The translations under genes and the position numbers were made by a program. A model generated the notes under the pieces. That model did no database searches, had not been told where the DNA came from, and saw only the letters and a program-made list of their open reading frames with translations. A stretch of 64,000 nucleotides of DNA. Source: an uncultured bacterium (GTDB taxonomy: Bacteria; Auribacterota; Erginobacteria; Erginobacterales; Erginobacteraceae). This document shows, in pieces, positions 10,715 through 20,106 of the stretch. How positions within the stretch are numbered: the first letter of the stretch is position 1; each line of letters starts with the position of its first letter. The DNA is taken from positions 192,001-256,000 of the forward strand of contig CAWGIE010000026.1 in NCBI GenBank assembly GCA_963822585.1, written 5' to 3'.

Positions 10715-10955
10715 ACCATGCTCGAAAAGGATTTCGAGCACCCCGGTGAAACCGGGGTAAATCCTAATATCGAAATCCTAAATAAATCTAAAATCCAAAT
10801 GATCAAATGTTTCAAATATCGCCGGTGTTAAACCCATTGTTTGGAATTTTTAATTTTGGTCACTTGATATTATTTAGGATTTAGTATTTTCCGCCAGAGG
10901 CGGATCAGCCTTTGGCTGAAGATATTAGGATTTGAGAGCTTTTCGAGTAAGGTAT
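10715..10955. repeat. Inverted tandem-repeat element, family F (7-bp AAATYCN-like unit), with an outer inverted repeat and a nested hairpin
   Basis: AAATCCTAATATCGAAATCCTAAATAAATCTAAAATCCAAAT faces TTTAGGATTTAGTATTT..GATATTAGGATTT. Ends are ACCATGCTCGAAAAGG and CTTTTCGAGTAAGGTAT. CCGCCAGAGGCGGATCAGCCTTTGGCTGA is inserted at ~10891-10919. Confidence 0.8.
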
Positions 10956-11036
10956 CGCTATTGGCAGACATAGCTTTTACAACCGGGAGGGACGAACCGA
11001 AGAATCGTCCCTCCATTTCATGAGGCGGGTCATACC

Positions 11037-11312
11037 ATGGCTGAGATAAAATTCGATCAGGCGCTCAAGCGCCTGGAAAAACTGGTCGCGGAGATGGAGG
11101 AGGAAGAGGTGCCCCTGGAAAAAAGTCTCCAGAAATACGAAGAAGGAACTCGGTTGGCCCGGCTCTGTCTGGATAAATTGAATCAGGCGGAAAGAAAAAT
11201 TGAAATTCTGAAAAAATCGAATGGACCGGAACCGGAGACCGAACCGTTTGCTCCCCCCGACGAACCGGACCAGACCGATGGGGATCGGGAAGAGAAACTT
11301 TCCAGTGACTGA
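11037..11312 (+). CDS. xseB: Exodeoxyribonuclease VII small subunit
   Basis: FDQALKRLEKLV..LEKSLQKYEEG..LNQAERKIEIL. Confidence 0.93.
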   Translation: MAEIKFDQALKRLEKLVAEMEEEEVPLEKSLQKYEEGTRLARLCLDKLNQAERKIEILKKSNGPEPETEPFAPPDEPDQTDGDREEKLSSD

Positions 11313-13200
11313 CTATTTAAAACAGATTAATTCTCCGGCCGATGTAAAAAAACTCTCCCTGCCGGAATTATATTCTCTGGCGGAGGAAATCCGCGGGGAG
11401 ATTATCCGGGTTGTCTCCCATACGGGGGGCCATCTGGCCTCCAGTCTTGGCGTGGTCGAACTCACTCTGGCCATGTATTATGTTTTCGATCTTCCCCCGG
11501 ACAAGGTCATCTGGGATGTCGGCCACCAGGCTTATGCCCACAAGCTCCTGACCGGGCGACGCGAGGCCTTTCCCACCCTGCGTCAGTACGGCGGACTGAG
11601 CGGTTTCCCGCGAATCGATGAGAGCCCCTATGATTCTTTCGGGGTGGGACATGCCAGCACCTCTCTCTCGGCTATGCTGGGGATGGCCGTCGCCCGGGAC
11701 AAGACCGGGGACACGGGGAAGATAATCGCCTGCATCGGCGACGGTTCCCTCACCGGCGGCCTGGCCCTGGAAGCCCTCACCCAGGGAGAACATGTCGCCC
11801 GGAATATCATGGTCGTATTGAATGCCAACGAGATGGCCATCTCTCCCAGTGTCGGCGAAATGGCCCGCTACCTGAACCGGCTGATCTCGGCCCCCTCATA
11901 CAATCGTTTGAAGAACGAAATCGAACAGGCGATGCAAAAGATCCCCTCGATCGGTCTGCGAATGGTTGACGCCTCCCATCGCCTCGAAGACGCGCTGAAG
12001 CACCTGATCACTCCCGGAGGCGTCTTTGAAGATTTCGGTTACCGGTACTTCGGACCGGTTAATGGACACGATCTGGAATCATTGATCAGGATATTCACCA
12101 ATATCAAGCATATCGACGACCCGGTTCTCCTGCACGTGCTGACCAAAAAGGGGAAGGGTTATCCGCCGGCTGAGAGCAATCCCGAAGCTTTTCATGGTCC
12201 GGGCGCCTTTGATGTCAAGACCGGGGAACCCCTGCAGCCCGTGAGATCTCTCTCCTATTCCCGGATTTTTGGAGAGGCGCTGGTTTCCCTGGCCGAGAAA
12301 GACCCTAAGATAATCGCCATTACCGCGGCCATGGCTTCGGGGACCGGCCTGGTCCCGTTTTGCCGGCGTTTCCCGGACCGGTTCTACGACGTTGGAATCG
12401 CCGAAGGACACGCGCTGACCTTCGCGGCCGGGATGGCGGTCCGGGGATTGAAGCCGGTGGCGGCTATCTATTCCACCTTTCTGCAGCGGGGATTCGACCA
12501 GATCGTTCATGATATCTGCCTGCAAAATCTGCCGGTGGTGCTGGCGATTGACCGCGCCGGCCTGGTTGGGGAAGACGGACCCACCCATCACGGAGTTTTT
12601 GACCCCGCCTTCCTGCGGATTATTCCCAATATTGTCATTATGCAGCCGAAAGACGGCCGGGAACTGGCGGGGATGCTGGCGATGGCGCTCACCCTCCCCG
12701 GGCCGTCCGTTGTCCGGTATCCGCGAGGAGAAACCGGCCTGACCAGGCTGGAGACCCCCTTCCCGGCGATTCCTCTGGGGAGAGGAGAAACTCTGCGGGA
12801 GGGGAAAGACGGTGTCTTCTGGGCGCTCGGGGAGATGGTCGGGGTTGCCGAAGATGCCGCCCGTCGGCTGGCCGAGCACAATCTCCATTTCGGAGTCGTC
12901 AACGCGCGTTTCATCAAACCGATCGATCGGGAACTGCTGGTTGAAAACGTCCGGTCCGGGAAAAAGATCGTGACCCTGTCCGAGGATACCCTCACCGGCG
13001 GTTTCGGTACGGCGGTCTGGGAATGCCTGAATGAAGAAGGCAGGGGTGACGCCGTGTTGTTACGAATCGGTCTCCCCGATCGATTCATCACTCATGGCGC
13101 CAGCCGTCTGCTGAGGGAGGAATGCGGGCTCACTGCCGAAGCGGTGGCCGCACGGGTCAAGGAAGCGTATGCTACTGAAGACAAAACCGGCAACCCATAA
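11305..13200 (+). CDS. dxs: 1-deoxy-D-xylulose-5-phosphate synthase
   Basis: GGHLASSLGVVELT, WDVGHQAYAHK, GHASTSLS, DVGIAEGHA, YSTFLQRG, GEDGPTHHG. Likely GTG start overlapping xseB. Confidence 0.97.
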   Translation: MTDYLKQINSPADVKKLSLPELYSLAEEIRGEIIRVVSHTGGHLASSLGVVELTLAMYYVFDLPPDKVIWDVGHQAYAHKLLTGRREAFPTLRQYGGLSGFPRIDESPYDSFGVGHASTSLSAMLGMAVARDKTGDTGKIIACIGDGSLTGGLALEALTQGEHVARNIMVVLNANEMAISPSVGEMARYLNRLISAPSYNRLKNEIEQAMQKIPSIGLRMVDASHRLEDALKHLITPGGVFEDFGYRYFGPVNGHDLESLIRIFTNIKHIDDPVLLHVLTKKGKGYPPAESNPEAFHGPGAFDVKTGEPLQPVRSLSYSRIFGEALVSLAEKDPKIIAITAAMASGTGLVPFCRRFPDRFYDVGIAEGHALTFAAGMAVRGLKPVAAIYSTFLQRGFDQIVHDICLQNLPVVLAIDRAGLVGEDGPTHHGVFDPAFLRIIPNIVIMQPKDGRELAGMLAMALTLPGPSVVRYPRGETGLTRLETPFPAIPLGRGETLREGKDGVFWALGEMVGVAEDAARRLAEHNLHFGVVNARFIKPIDRELLVENVRSGKKIVTLSEDTLTGGFGTAVWECLNEEGRGDAVLLRIGLPDRFITHGASRLLREECGLTAEAVAARVKEAYATEDKTGNP

Positions 13201-13220
13201 AAGACAGGAATAAATGACAG

Positions 13221-13313
13221 GTAATCGGTGAACAGTAATCGGTAATCAGTAATCAGTAATCAGTAATCGGTGGCGCGGCTTACTGATTACCGATTATCGG
13301 TTACTGATTACTG
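13221..13313. repeat. Inverted tandem-repeat element, family D
   Basis: About 7 GTAATCR units face TTACTGATTACCGATTATCGGTTACTGATTACTG. Confidence 0.88.
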
Positions 13314-13376
13314 CTTGTCGAAGTATTCATGCTTCCTCAATTTTGAAAAATATCAACGAAGAGTCACACTCGATAG

Positions 13377-14117
13377 ATGTCTAAAAAAAGACTGGACCTG
13401 CTCCTGGTGGAACGGGGTCTCCTCCCGAGCCGCGAACAGGCCCGGAGGGTGATCCGGGCCGGGCACGTATTCGTTAACGAACAGAAGGCTGATAAGCCGG
13501 GCAGGCAGTTTGCCGACACCATTTCCGTCCGGATCACCAGTCAGCCCCGCTATGTAAGCCGGGGGGGAGAAAAGCTCAAGGGGGCGCTCGAAGCCTTCGC
13601 CCTCACGGTGGCGAACAAGGTAATACTGGACATCGGATCTTCCACCGGAGGGTTTGCTGACTGCCTTCTCCAGGAAGGAGCCCGACGTGTTTACTGCTTT
13701 GATGTTGGGAAGGGCCAGTTGGCCTGGAAGCTCCGGCAGGATCCCCGGGTGGTCGTCCGGGAAGGGTGTAACGCCCGTTACCTGACCGGCAAGGATCTGC
13801 CGGAGGCGCCCGATATCATAACGATAGATGTCTCTTTTATCTCACTGCGGAAGGTGATCCCGGCCTGCCTGGAACTTTTATCCGGGGACGGTTGCTTCCT
13901 GGCTCTGATTAAACCCCAGTTCGAAGCGGGAAGGGACGAAGTGAAGCGGGGAGGGGTGGTCCGTGATTCCTCGGTTCACCGCCGGGTGATCGAAGAGATC
14001 AAAGATTTTGCCCGGGGACGGAGTTTGCGCGTGGACGGTGTGTCGGAATCGGTTTTGACCGGACCCGCCGGGAACAAGGAATTTTTTATTTTACTCCGGA
14101 ATACCGGAGTAAAATAA
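13377..14117 (+). CDS. tlyA: TlyA family RNA methyltransferase
   Basis: S4 domain RLDLLLV, YVSRGGEKL, DIGSSTGGF, DVSFISL, LIKPQFEAG, GPAGNKEF. Confidence 0.95.
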   Translation: MSKKRLDLLLVERGLLPSREQARRVIRAGHVFVNEQKADKPGRQFADTISVRITSQPRYVSRGGEKLKGALEAFALTVANKVILDIGSSTGGFADCLLQEGARRVYCFDVGKGQLAWKLRQDPRVVVREGCNARYLTGKDLPEAPDIITIDVSFISLRKVIPACLELLSGDGCFLALIKPQFEAGRDEVKRGGVVRDSSVHRRVIEEIKDFARGRSLRVDGVSESVLTGPAGNKEFFILLRNTGVK

Positions 14118-14185
14118 AAATTGAATTCACTGCCGGAGTAATAATATTCAGTCTTCGCTCGATTATAAGTAAAAAATGTTGTGTC

Positions 14186-14287
14186 GGCGTGAATCGTTGG
14201 ATAAAAACTAATCAAAGCAACGTTAGCAATTCTCTTCGATCGTAAAAGAGAATAATTCACTAAATTAGCGCCGGAGGCGCTAATTTA
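14186..14287 (+). repeat. 102-bp dispersed repeat, copy 2, ending in a perfect 12-bp GGA-loop hairpin 2 nt before the nadK ATG
   Basis: TAAATTAGCGCC-GGA-GGCGCTAATTTA. Matches 1899-2000 at 84/102 positions. Confidence 0.85.
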
Positions 14288-14289
14288 TA

Positions 14290-15177
14290 ATGAAGACCAT
14301 CGGAATCGTCGCCAATCTGAAGAAAAAAAATGCCCTTTGCCAGGCGGAGAAAATCGCCCGGCATATCCGGGAGCGGGGCGGGGAGGCCTTCTTTGAGAAA
14401 GACCTGGCCGCCGCCCTTCCTCCCGGCGGCGCATCGTTCTCCCTGGCATCAATGCCTGAGGATCTCGATGCCCTTATCGTCCTGGGGGGGGACGGGACCC
14501 TGATCCGGACTTTCCGGCAATTAAACCGCGGGGAGATACCCCTTCTGGGCATTAATTTGGGGGGGCTGGGATTTTTAACCGAAGTACGCCTCGATGCCGC
14601 CGGCCAGGCCGTTGATAAGCTTCTGGAGGATAAACTGCTGGTAGAGAAACGGAACACCCTCGACGGTCTTTGCCGTCGAAACGATGCCGATCTCGAGTCC
14701 TTTACCGCGCTGAACGATATCGTCATCGGGAAAGGCGGCCTGGCCCGGGTTATCCATATGGAGGCATTCGTCGAGAGCGAATACCTGACCGCTTACATGG
14801 CCGACGGGATCATCATCGCCACGCCGACCGGGTCCACCGCTTATTCTCTCTCGGCGCAGGGGCCCATTCTCAGTCCGGAGACCGACGCTTTCCTCCTGAA
14901 CCCGATCTGTCCTCACACCCTGACCAACCGGCCGATTATTATCGGGGGGGGGAAGGAGATCAGAATCAAACTGGTCTCCAGCCCGCCGGGGACTACCCTG
15001 ACCGTTGACGGCCAGGTGGGAATCTCTCTTCAGGATGGGGATGAAGTCTTCATCCGGCGGGGGAAAAAGCGCCTCCATCTCCTGACGGCTCCGGGATCAA
15101 GTTATTACGCCATCCTTCGCAGCAAATTGCACTGGGGGGGGCGATCTCATTACCGCCGCCAGGGAAGGAAGAAATAG
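14290..15177 (+). CDS. nadK: NAD(+) kinase
   Basis: LGGDGT, GINLGGLGFL, ALND, ADGIIIATPTGSTAYSLSA, PICPHTLTNRP. Confidence 0.96.
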   Translation: MKTIGIVANLKKKNALCQAEKIARHIRERGGEAFFEKDLAAALPPGGASFSLASMPEDLDALIVLGGDGTLIRTFRQLNRGEIPLLGINLGGLGFLTEVRLDAAGQAVDKLLEDKLLVEKRNTLDGLCRRNDADLESFTALNDIVIGKGGLARVIHMEAFVESEYLTAYMADGIIIATPTGSTAYSLSAQGPILSPETDAFLLNPICPHTLTNRPIIIGGGKEIRIKLVSSPPGTTLTVDGQVGISLQDGDEVFIRRGKKRLHLLTAPGSSYYAILRSKLHWGGRSHYRRQGRKK

Positions 15178-15290
15178 TTGAAATCATCCCCGCGGATGGA
15201 CTAAAGTGAACGTTTTTATGCGAGAACCCCGATCTCATCCCCGGTATGGTTTGGGGCGGGAGCGTGATAAACCGAGTAAGCTGAGGTAGA

Positions 15291-15506
15291 ATGCCCGAGA
15301 TAGTGATAAATCAAGCCCGTTGTAAGGGCTGCGGTCTTTGTGTTGCTGTCTGTCCGAAGAAGCTGATTCTGATAGACGACCGGATGAATAAAAAAGGCGT
15401 CTATCCGGTATATAGCGCCAGCCCGGGGGAGTGTACCGGCTGCCGCCTCTGTACCACCGTCTGTCCGGATGTAGCGATTACCATCTATAAGTCAGTTCAA
15501 CCATGA
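15291..15506 (+). CDS. 2x[4Fe-4S] ferredoxin-like delta subunit of a 2-oxoacid oxidoreductase
   Basis: CKGCGLCVAVCP and CTGCRLCTTVCPD. Overlaps the alpha-subunit gene. Confidence 0.9.
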   Translation: MPEIVINQARCKGCGLCVAVCPKKLILIDDRMNKKGVYPVYSASPGECTGCRLCTTVCPDVAITIYKSVQP

Positions 15507-16573
15507 AGAAAAAAGAAACAGCTGAGCGAATCCTCATCTGCGGGAATGAAGCGATCGGAGAAGCGGCCTTCCAGGCCGGTTGCGGCGCCTACTTCGGGTA
15601 TCCAATCACGCCTCAGAACGAGCTGACGGCGTACATGGCGGCCCGGATGCCGCCCGCGGGCAGGGTTTTTATCCAGTCGGAAAGCGAGCTGGCCGCGATC
15701 AACATGGTCTTTGGCGCGTCGGTCTGCGGGGTGAGAGCGATGACTTCCTCGTCCAGTCCCGGGATCAGCCTCAAGCAGGAGGGCATATCCTACCTGGCGG
15801 GCTGCGAATTGCCGGCGGTAATCGTCAACATGTCTCGGGGAGGACCGGGACTGGGGAATATCGGACCCGCCCAGGCGGATTACTTTCAGGCCACCCGGGG
15901 CGGCGGCCACGGCGATTACCGAACCCCGGTACTGGCCGGGGCATCGGTTCAGGAACTGGCCGATGTAACCTACATCGCTTTCGATCTGGCCGATCGTTAC
16001 CGGACGCCGGTTCTGATTCTCGGGGACGGCGTTCTCGGACAGATGATGGAACCGGTGGTCATCACTCATCCCGATCCAACCGACCTGCCGCCGAAAGACT
16101 GGGTGCTGGACGGCGCCAAAAACCGCGCGGCCCGGATGATTAAGTCGCTCTTTTTAGGTCCCGGAGAACTCGACGCCCATAACCGAAAATTGCAGGAAAG
16201 ATACCGGATGATCACCGAGCGCGAAGTCCGGTATGAAGAGTACCTCTGCCGGGATGCGACGCTGATCCTGGTCGCTTACGGGATCACCGCCCGCCTCTGC
16301 CGGGAGGTTGTTAAGAACCTCCGGAAAGAAGGGAAGCGGGTGGGGCTGCTCCGCCCGGTTACGCTCTGGCCTTTTCCCTCCGCGATCATCTTTGAACTCA
16401 GCGCGGCGGCGGCACAATTTCTGGCGGTGGAGATGAGTTACGGGCAGATGGTGGATGACGTGCGCCTGGCGGTTAATGGGAGGCGGCCGGTGCACTTTTT
16501 CGGTCATGGCGGAGGAGAAATTCTCACCGTCGGGGAGATTGAAGCCGCCGCCCGGGAGCTGATGGCGTCATGA
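15503..16573 (+). CDS. vorB: 2-oxoacid:ferredoxin oxidoreductase alpha-type subunit (VorB-like)
   Basis: GNEAIGEAA, FGYPITPQ, QSESELAAINM, TSSSSPGISLKQEG, GGGHGDY. Confidence 0.85.
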   Translation: MKKKETAERILICGNEAIGEAAFQAGCGAYFGYPITPQNELTAYMAARMPPAGRVFIQSESELAAINMVFGASVCGVRAMTSSSSPGISLKQEGISYLAGCELPAVIVNMSRGGPGLGNIGPAQADYFQATRGGGHGDYRTPVLAGASVQELADVTYIAFDLADRYRTPVLILGDGVLGQMMEPVVITHPDPTDLPPKDWVLDGAKNRAARMIKSLFLGPGELDAHNRKLQERYRMITEREVRYEEYLCRDATLILVAYGITARLCREVVKNLRKEGKRVGLLRPVTLWPFPSAIIFELSAAAAQFLAVEMSYGQMVDDVRLAVNGRRPVHFFGHGGGEILTVGEIEAAARELMAS

Positions 16574-17319
16574 AAAAGAACACCCGTGAGGTAATATACC
16601 GAAGACCGGAAACCCTGCAGGATGTCCCCACCCATTTTTGTCCCGGGTGCGGTCACGGAACGGTGCACAGGATCATAGCCGAGGTGATCGACGAACTGGG
16701 GATCCGGGAGCGGACAATCGGGATCGCCCCGGTGGGATGCGCCGTACTGGCCTATGACTATTTTAACTTTGATGTCACCGAGGCCGCCCATGGAAGGCCG
16801 CCGGCGGTGGCAACCGGGATCAAGCGTGTCCGTCCGGATCTGATCGTCTTCACCTACCAGGGGGACGGAGACCTGGCCGCCATCGGGACCGCCGAGATCA
16901 TTCATGCCGCCAACCGGGGAGAGAAAATCACGGTTATATTCGTCAATAACGGGATTTACGGGATGACCGGGGGACAGATGGCCCCCACGACCCTGATCGG
17001 CCAGAAGACCGCCACCACCCCCGACGGAAGAAGTTTCGAGGAGACCGGCCCCCCCCTCAAAGTCTGCGAGATGCTGGCACCTCTTGATGGAACGGATTTT
17101 ATCGCCCGGGGAGCCCTCGACACACCGGCCAACATCAGGAAAGTACGGGAATACATCACCCGGGCCTTCCGGAACCAGATCGAGGGACGGAGATTCTCAC
17201 TGGTAGAAGTGCTCTCTCCGTGCCCCACCTACTGGAGGGCTTCTCCCGTGGATTGTCTTTGCCGGATATCCCGGGAACTCATCCCTCATTTTCCGCTGGG
17301 GGTGATTAAAGATGGATAA
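16570..17319 (+). CDS. 2-oxoacid:ferredoxin oxidoreductase beta (TPP-binding) subunit
   Basis: HFCPGCGHG, PVGC, HGR, QGDGDL, NNGIYGMTGGQMAPTT, SPCPT. Confidence 0.92.
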   Translation: MKKNTREVIYRRPETLQDVPTHFCPGCGHGTVHRIIAEVIDELGIRERTIGIAPVGCAVLAYDYFNFDVTEAAHGRPPAVATGIKRVRPDLIVFTYQGDGDLAAIGTAEIIHAANRGEKITVIFVNNGIYGMTGGQMAPTTLIGQKTATTPDGRSFEETGPPLKVCEMLAPLDGTDFIARGALDTPANIRKVREYITRAFRNQIEGRRFSLVEVLSPCPTYWRASPVDCLCRISRELIPHFPLGVIKDG

Positions 17320-17896
17320 GCCCATCGTGGCGGATATCGGGACGGGCGGTGATGACGCCGTCATTACTGAGGGGATGGTCATCGCCGGCTTTGGAGGCCA
17401 GGGAATCATGCTGGCGGGGAAGATCGCCATTCATGCCGGCCTCTCACTGGGAAGGAACGTGACTTATATCCCCTCCTATGGCGCCGAGGTCCGGGGCGGG
17501 ACCGCTCACTGTCACGTGATCATTTCCCGGCAAGAGATCGCCTCCCCCATCACCATTCATCCCGATGCCTGCCTGGTTATGAACAGCCCCTCGATGGTCA
17601 AGTTCAGCCGGCGCCTGCGGGCGGGGGGTATTCTCATCGTCAACAGTTCTCTGGTTGATGAGACATCCGACCGTGATGATATCGTTGAGATCCGGGTACC
17701 CGCCAATCAGATCGCTGAAGAACGGGGCAGTCTCAAATCGGCCAACATGGCCATGCTGGGCGCGTACATCCGCCGCTCCGCGCTGCTTACCCTGGCCTCG
17801 ATTCAGGACGCCGTGCGGAATTTTCTGCCCCCCCGCCACCGGGACCTTCTGGAGATTAACCTGAAAACGCTTCAGGATGGGTATGACCGCTCCTGA
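17312..17896 (+). CDS. 2-oxoacid:ferredoxin oxidoreductase gamma subunit
   Basis: IAGFGGQG, PSYGAEVRGGTA, NMAMLGA. Start uncertain. Confidence 0.9.
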   Translation: MDKPIVADIGTGGDDAVITEGMVIAGFGGQGIMLAGKIAIHAGLSLGRNVTYIPSYGAEVRGGTAHCHVIISRQEIASPITIHPDACLVMNSPSMVKFSRRLRAGGILIVNSSLVDETSDRDDIVEIRVPANQIAEERGSLKSANMAMLGAYIRRSALLTLASIQDAVRNFLPPRHRDLLEINLKTLQDGYDRS

Positions 17897-19283
17897 AAAT
17901 CATACCCGGGTTCGTTTCGCCCCCAGTCCCACCGGTTCCCTTCACGTCGGCGGTGTACGGACCGCGCTCTTTAACTGGCTTTTCGCGCGGGGAAAAGGCG
18001 GGGAATTCATCCTCCGCATCGAGGATACCGACCGGAAACGGTCCCGGAAAGAGCTGAGTGATGAGATCATCCGGGAGCTCGACTGGCTGGGTCTGGATTG
18101 GGATGGAGAACCCGTCTTTCAGTCGGAACGGTTTGATCTCTACCGCAGCCACGCGGAGCGGCTGTTCCGGGAAGGAAAGGCATATCGGAGCGATCCCGAT
18201 AAACCCGGGGCCGGGGCGATTATCCTCCAGGTCGCGCCGGCGGCGATCACTTTCCGCGATCTGGTGTACGGATCGATCACTGTCTCCGGGACCGAATTGA
18301 AAGATATCGTATTGCTCAAATCGGACGGTTCTCCGGCCTATAATTTCGCCTGTGCGGTCGATGATCACGAGATGGGAATCACCCATGTCATCAGGGGTGA
18401 CGATCATCTTCCCAATACCCCTAAACAGATCATCCTTTATCGCGCTCTCGAATGGTCTCTCCCCCTCTTCGCTCATCTCCCCCTCATCCTGGGGGCCGAC
18501 AAGACCCCTCTGAGCAAACGTCATGGTTCCACCTCCCTGCGCGCTTTCCGGGAAGACGGCATCCTGCCGGATGCTCTGAAGAATTACCTGGCCCTTCTCG
18601 GCTGGTCGCCCGGAGACAACCGGGAACTGTTGAGCGTCGACGATCTGCTGAAGGAATTTTCGCTGAAAAAGGTCAGCCGGAAGAGCGCGGTCTTTGACTT
18701 CCAGAAGCTTCTCTGGCTGAACGGGCAATATATCCTGCAGACGCCGGCCGCCGAGCTGGTCCGGCGGCTGCGTCCTCTTCTGGCCGGGACTGTCTGGGAG
18801 ACGGTCTCCCCGGAAAGGCTCCACACCATCGTCAAACTACTCGGCCATCGCCTGAAAAGTCTCAAGGACTTCCTCCCCCAGGCGGATTACTTTATCGGTG
18901 AGCAGATCGCGTATGATCCGGAAGCGGTGGCCCGGTACTGGACCGAAGACGGCGTGGGAACCCTCCTGGCCGAGGTCAGGGAAAGCCTCGCCGCGGTCGA
19001 GCATTTCACCGAAGAAGAACTGGAGAAAGCGCTCCGCGGCATCATCTCCCGGCGCGGGATCAAGGGAGGAACACTGATCCATCCTCTCCGGATCGCGTTG
19101 ACCGGGAGAAAGGACAGTCCGGGGATTTTTGAGATTATGGTCCTGCTGGGCCGGGAGGCGGTTTTGAAGCGACTGGATAATGCATTGACCTATCTGGAGA
19201 AAAATCAGGGGGAGATCACCGAAAAAAAATCAGAAAATCCGGAAAGCAACCGGGAGGGCATCAGGAAATCAGGGGATCAGTAG
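17877..19283 (+). CDS. gltX: Glutamate--tRNA ligase
   Basis: RVRFAPSPTG, HIGH-like HVGG, LRIEDTD, HVIRGDDH, KMSKS-like LSKRHG, and an anticodon-binding domain. Confidence 0.95.
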   Translation: MGMTAPENHTRVRFAPSPTGSLHVGGVRTALFNWLFARGKGGEFILRIEDTDRKRSRKELSDEIIRELDWLGLDWDGEPVFQSERFDLYRSHAERLFREGKAYRSDPDKPGAGAIILQVAPAAITFRDLVYGSITVSGTELKDIVLLKSDGSPAYNFACAVDDHEMGITHVIRGDDHLPNTPKQIILYRALEWSLPLFAHLPLILGADKTPLSKRHGSTSLRAFREDGILPDALKNYLALLGWSPGDNRELLSVDDLLKEFSLKKVSRKSAVFDFQKLLWLNGQYILQTPAAELVRRLRPLLAGTVWETVSPERLHTIVKLLGHRLKSLKDFLPQADYFIGEQIAYDPEAVARYWTEDGVGTLLAEVRESLAAVEHFTEEELEKALRGIISRRGIKGGTLIHPLRIALTGRKDSPGIFEIMVLLGREAVLKRLDNALTYLEKNQGEITEKKSENPESNREGIRKSGDQ

Positions 19284-19387
19284 GAAGAATATCAGAATAT
19301 CAGAAGATCAGGTAAAGGAGTCTGGCCGCGCCTGATAACCTGATATACTGATATTCCACCCACTGATACTCTGATAATCTGATATCC
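19257..19387. repeat. Inverted tandem-repeat element, family E (8-bp ATATCAGR-like unit), overlapping the gltX 3' end
   Basis: AATATCAGAATATCAGAAGATCAGG faces CCTGATAACCTGATATACTGATATTC..CTGATACTCTGATAATCTGATATCC. Confidence 0.8.
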
Positions 19388-19467
19388 ATTGTGGGGATAA
19401 TCACCCCAACCATTCGATCCCCGGACATTGCCAAAATAAATAGTTAGCGCCGAAGGCGCTAAGTTCT

Positions 19468-20043
19468 ATGAACTTGCCAAACCGGATAACCATTGCCCGC
19501 CTGGCGGTGTGCCCTTTTTTTATCGGGGCACTGCTTCTTTACGGACATTCCGGACACGAGATTTATTATGCGGTCGCGTTGAGCCTCTTCACTCTCGCCG
19601 CGGTCAGCGACGGACTCGACGGGTATCTCGCCCGGTCGCGAAACCAGCGGACCCAGCTGGGCGCTTTGCTTGATCCCCTGGCCGACAAAATACTTCTGGA
19701 CAGCACCGTTATCGTCCTCGCCGTCGGAATCGGGAACCTTTACCGGATCCCGGTCTGGTTTGTTCTGATTATTCTCTGCCGGGATTTTATTCTCCTTTTC
19801 CTCTCCCTGTGCCTCTTCCAGCGCTGGTCACGGGGCGAGGTTAAGATAACCCCGAATCTCTGGGGAAAAACGTCTGCTGTCTTGTTGATGGCCACCGTTA
19901 TCTGGATCCTTCTTCATCCTTACCGGCCGCAAACGGAGTTAATCAGGTTCTCGCTCTATGCCACCGCTCTCACCGTTGGGGTATCCGGGGTCACTTACCT
20001 GATCGGAACGCTGAAAGCAGTGCGTTTATCAAGACATCCTTAA
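19468..20043 (+). CDS. CDP-alcohol phosphatidyltransferase (PgsA-like)
   Basis: MNLPNRIT, SDGLDGYLAR...LGALLDPLADK, multiple TM segments. Confidence 0.9.
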   Translation: MNLPNRITIARLAVCPFFIGALLLYGHSGHEIYYAVALSLFTLAAVSDGLDGYLARSRNQRTQLGALLDPLADKILLDSTVIVLAVGIGNLYRIPVWFVLIILCRDFILLFLSLCLFQRWSRGEVKITPNLWGKTSAVLLMATVIWILLHPYRPQTELIRFSLYATALTVGVSGVTYLIGTLKAVRLSRHP

Positions 20044-20106
20044 AATGGTTCTCTTCCGTTTCATATACCGCAATCTTTTCACTATAATTCTCTGAGCGAA
20101 TTAACG

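Noticed and set aside
11305..11312. Absence of ispA between xseB and dxs
   Set aside because: A simple gene-order variation. The gene may be elsewhere in the genome.
8431..13313. Tandem arrays as CRISPR
   Set aside because: Units are 7-9 bp with no unique spacers, and no cas genes are present.
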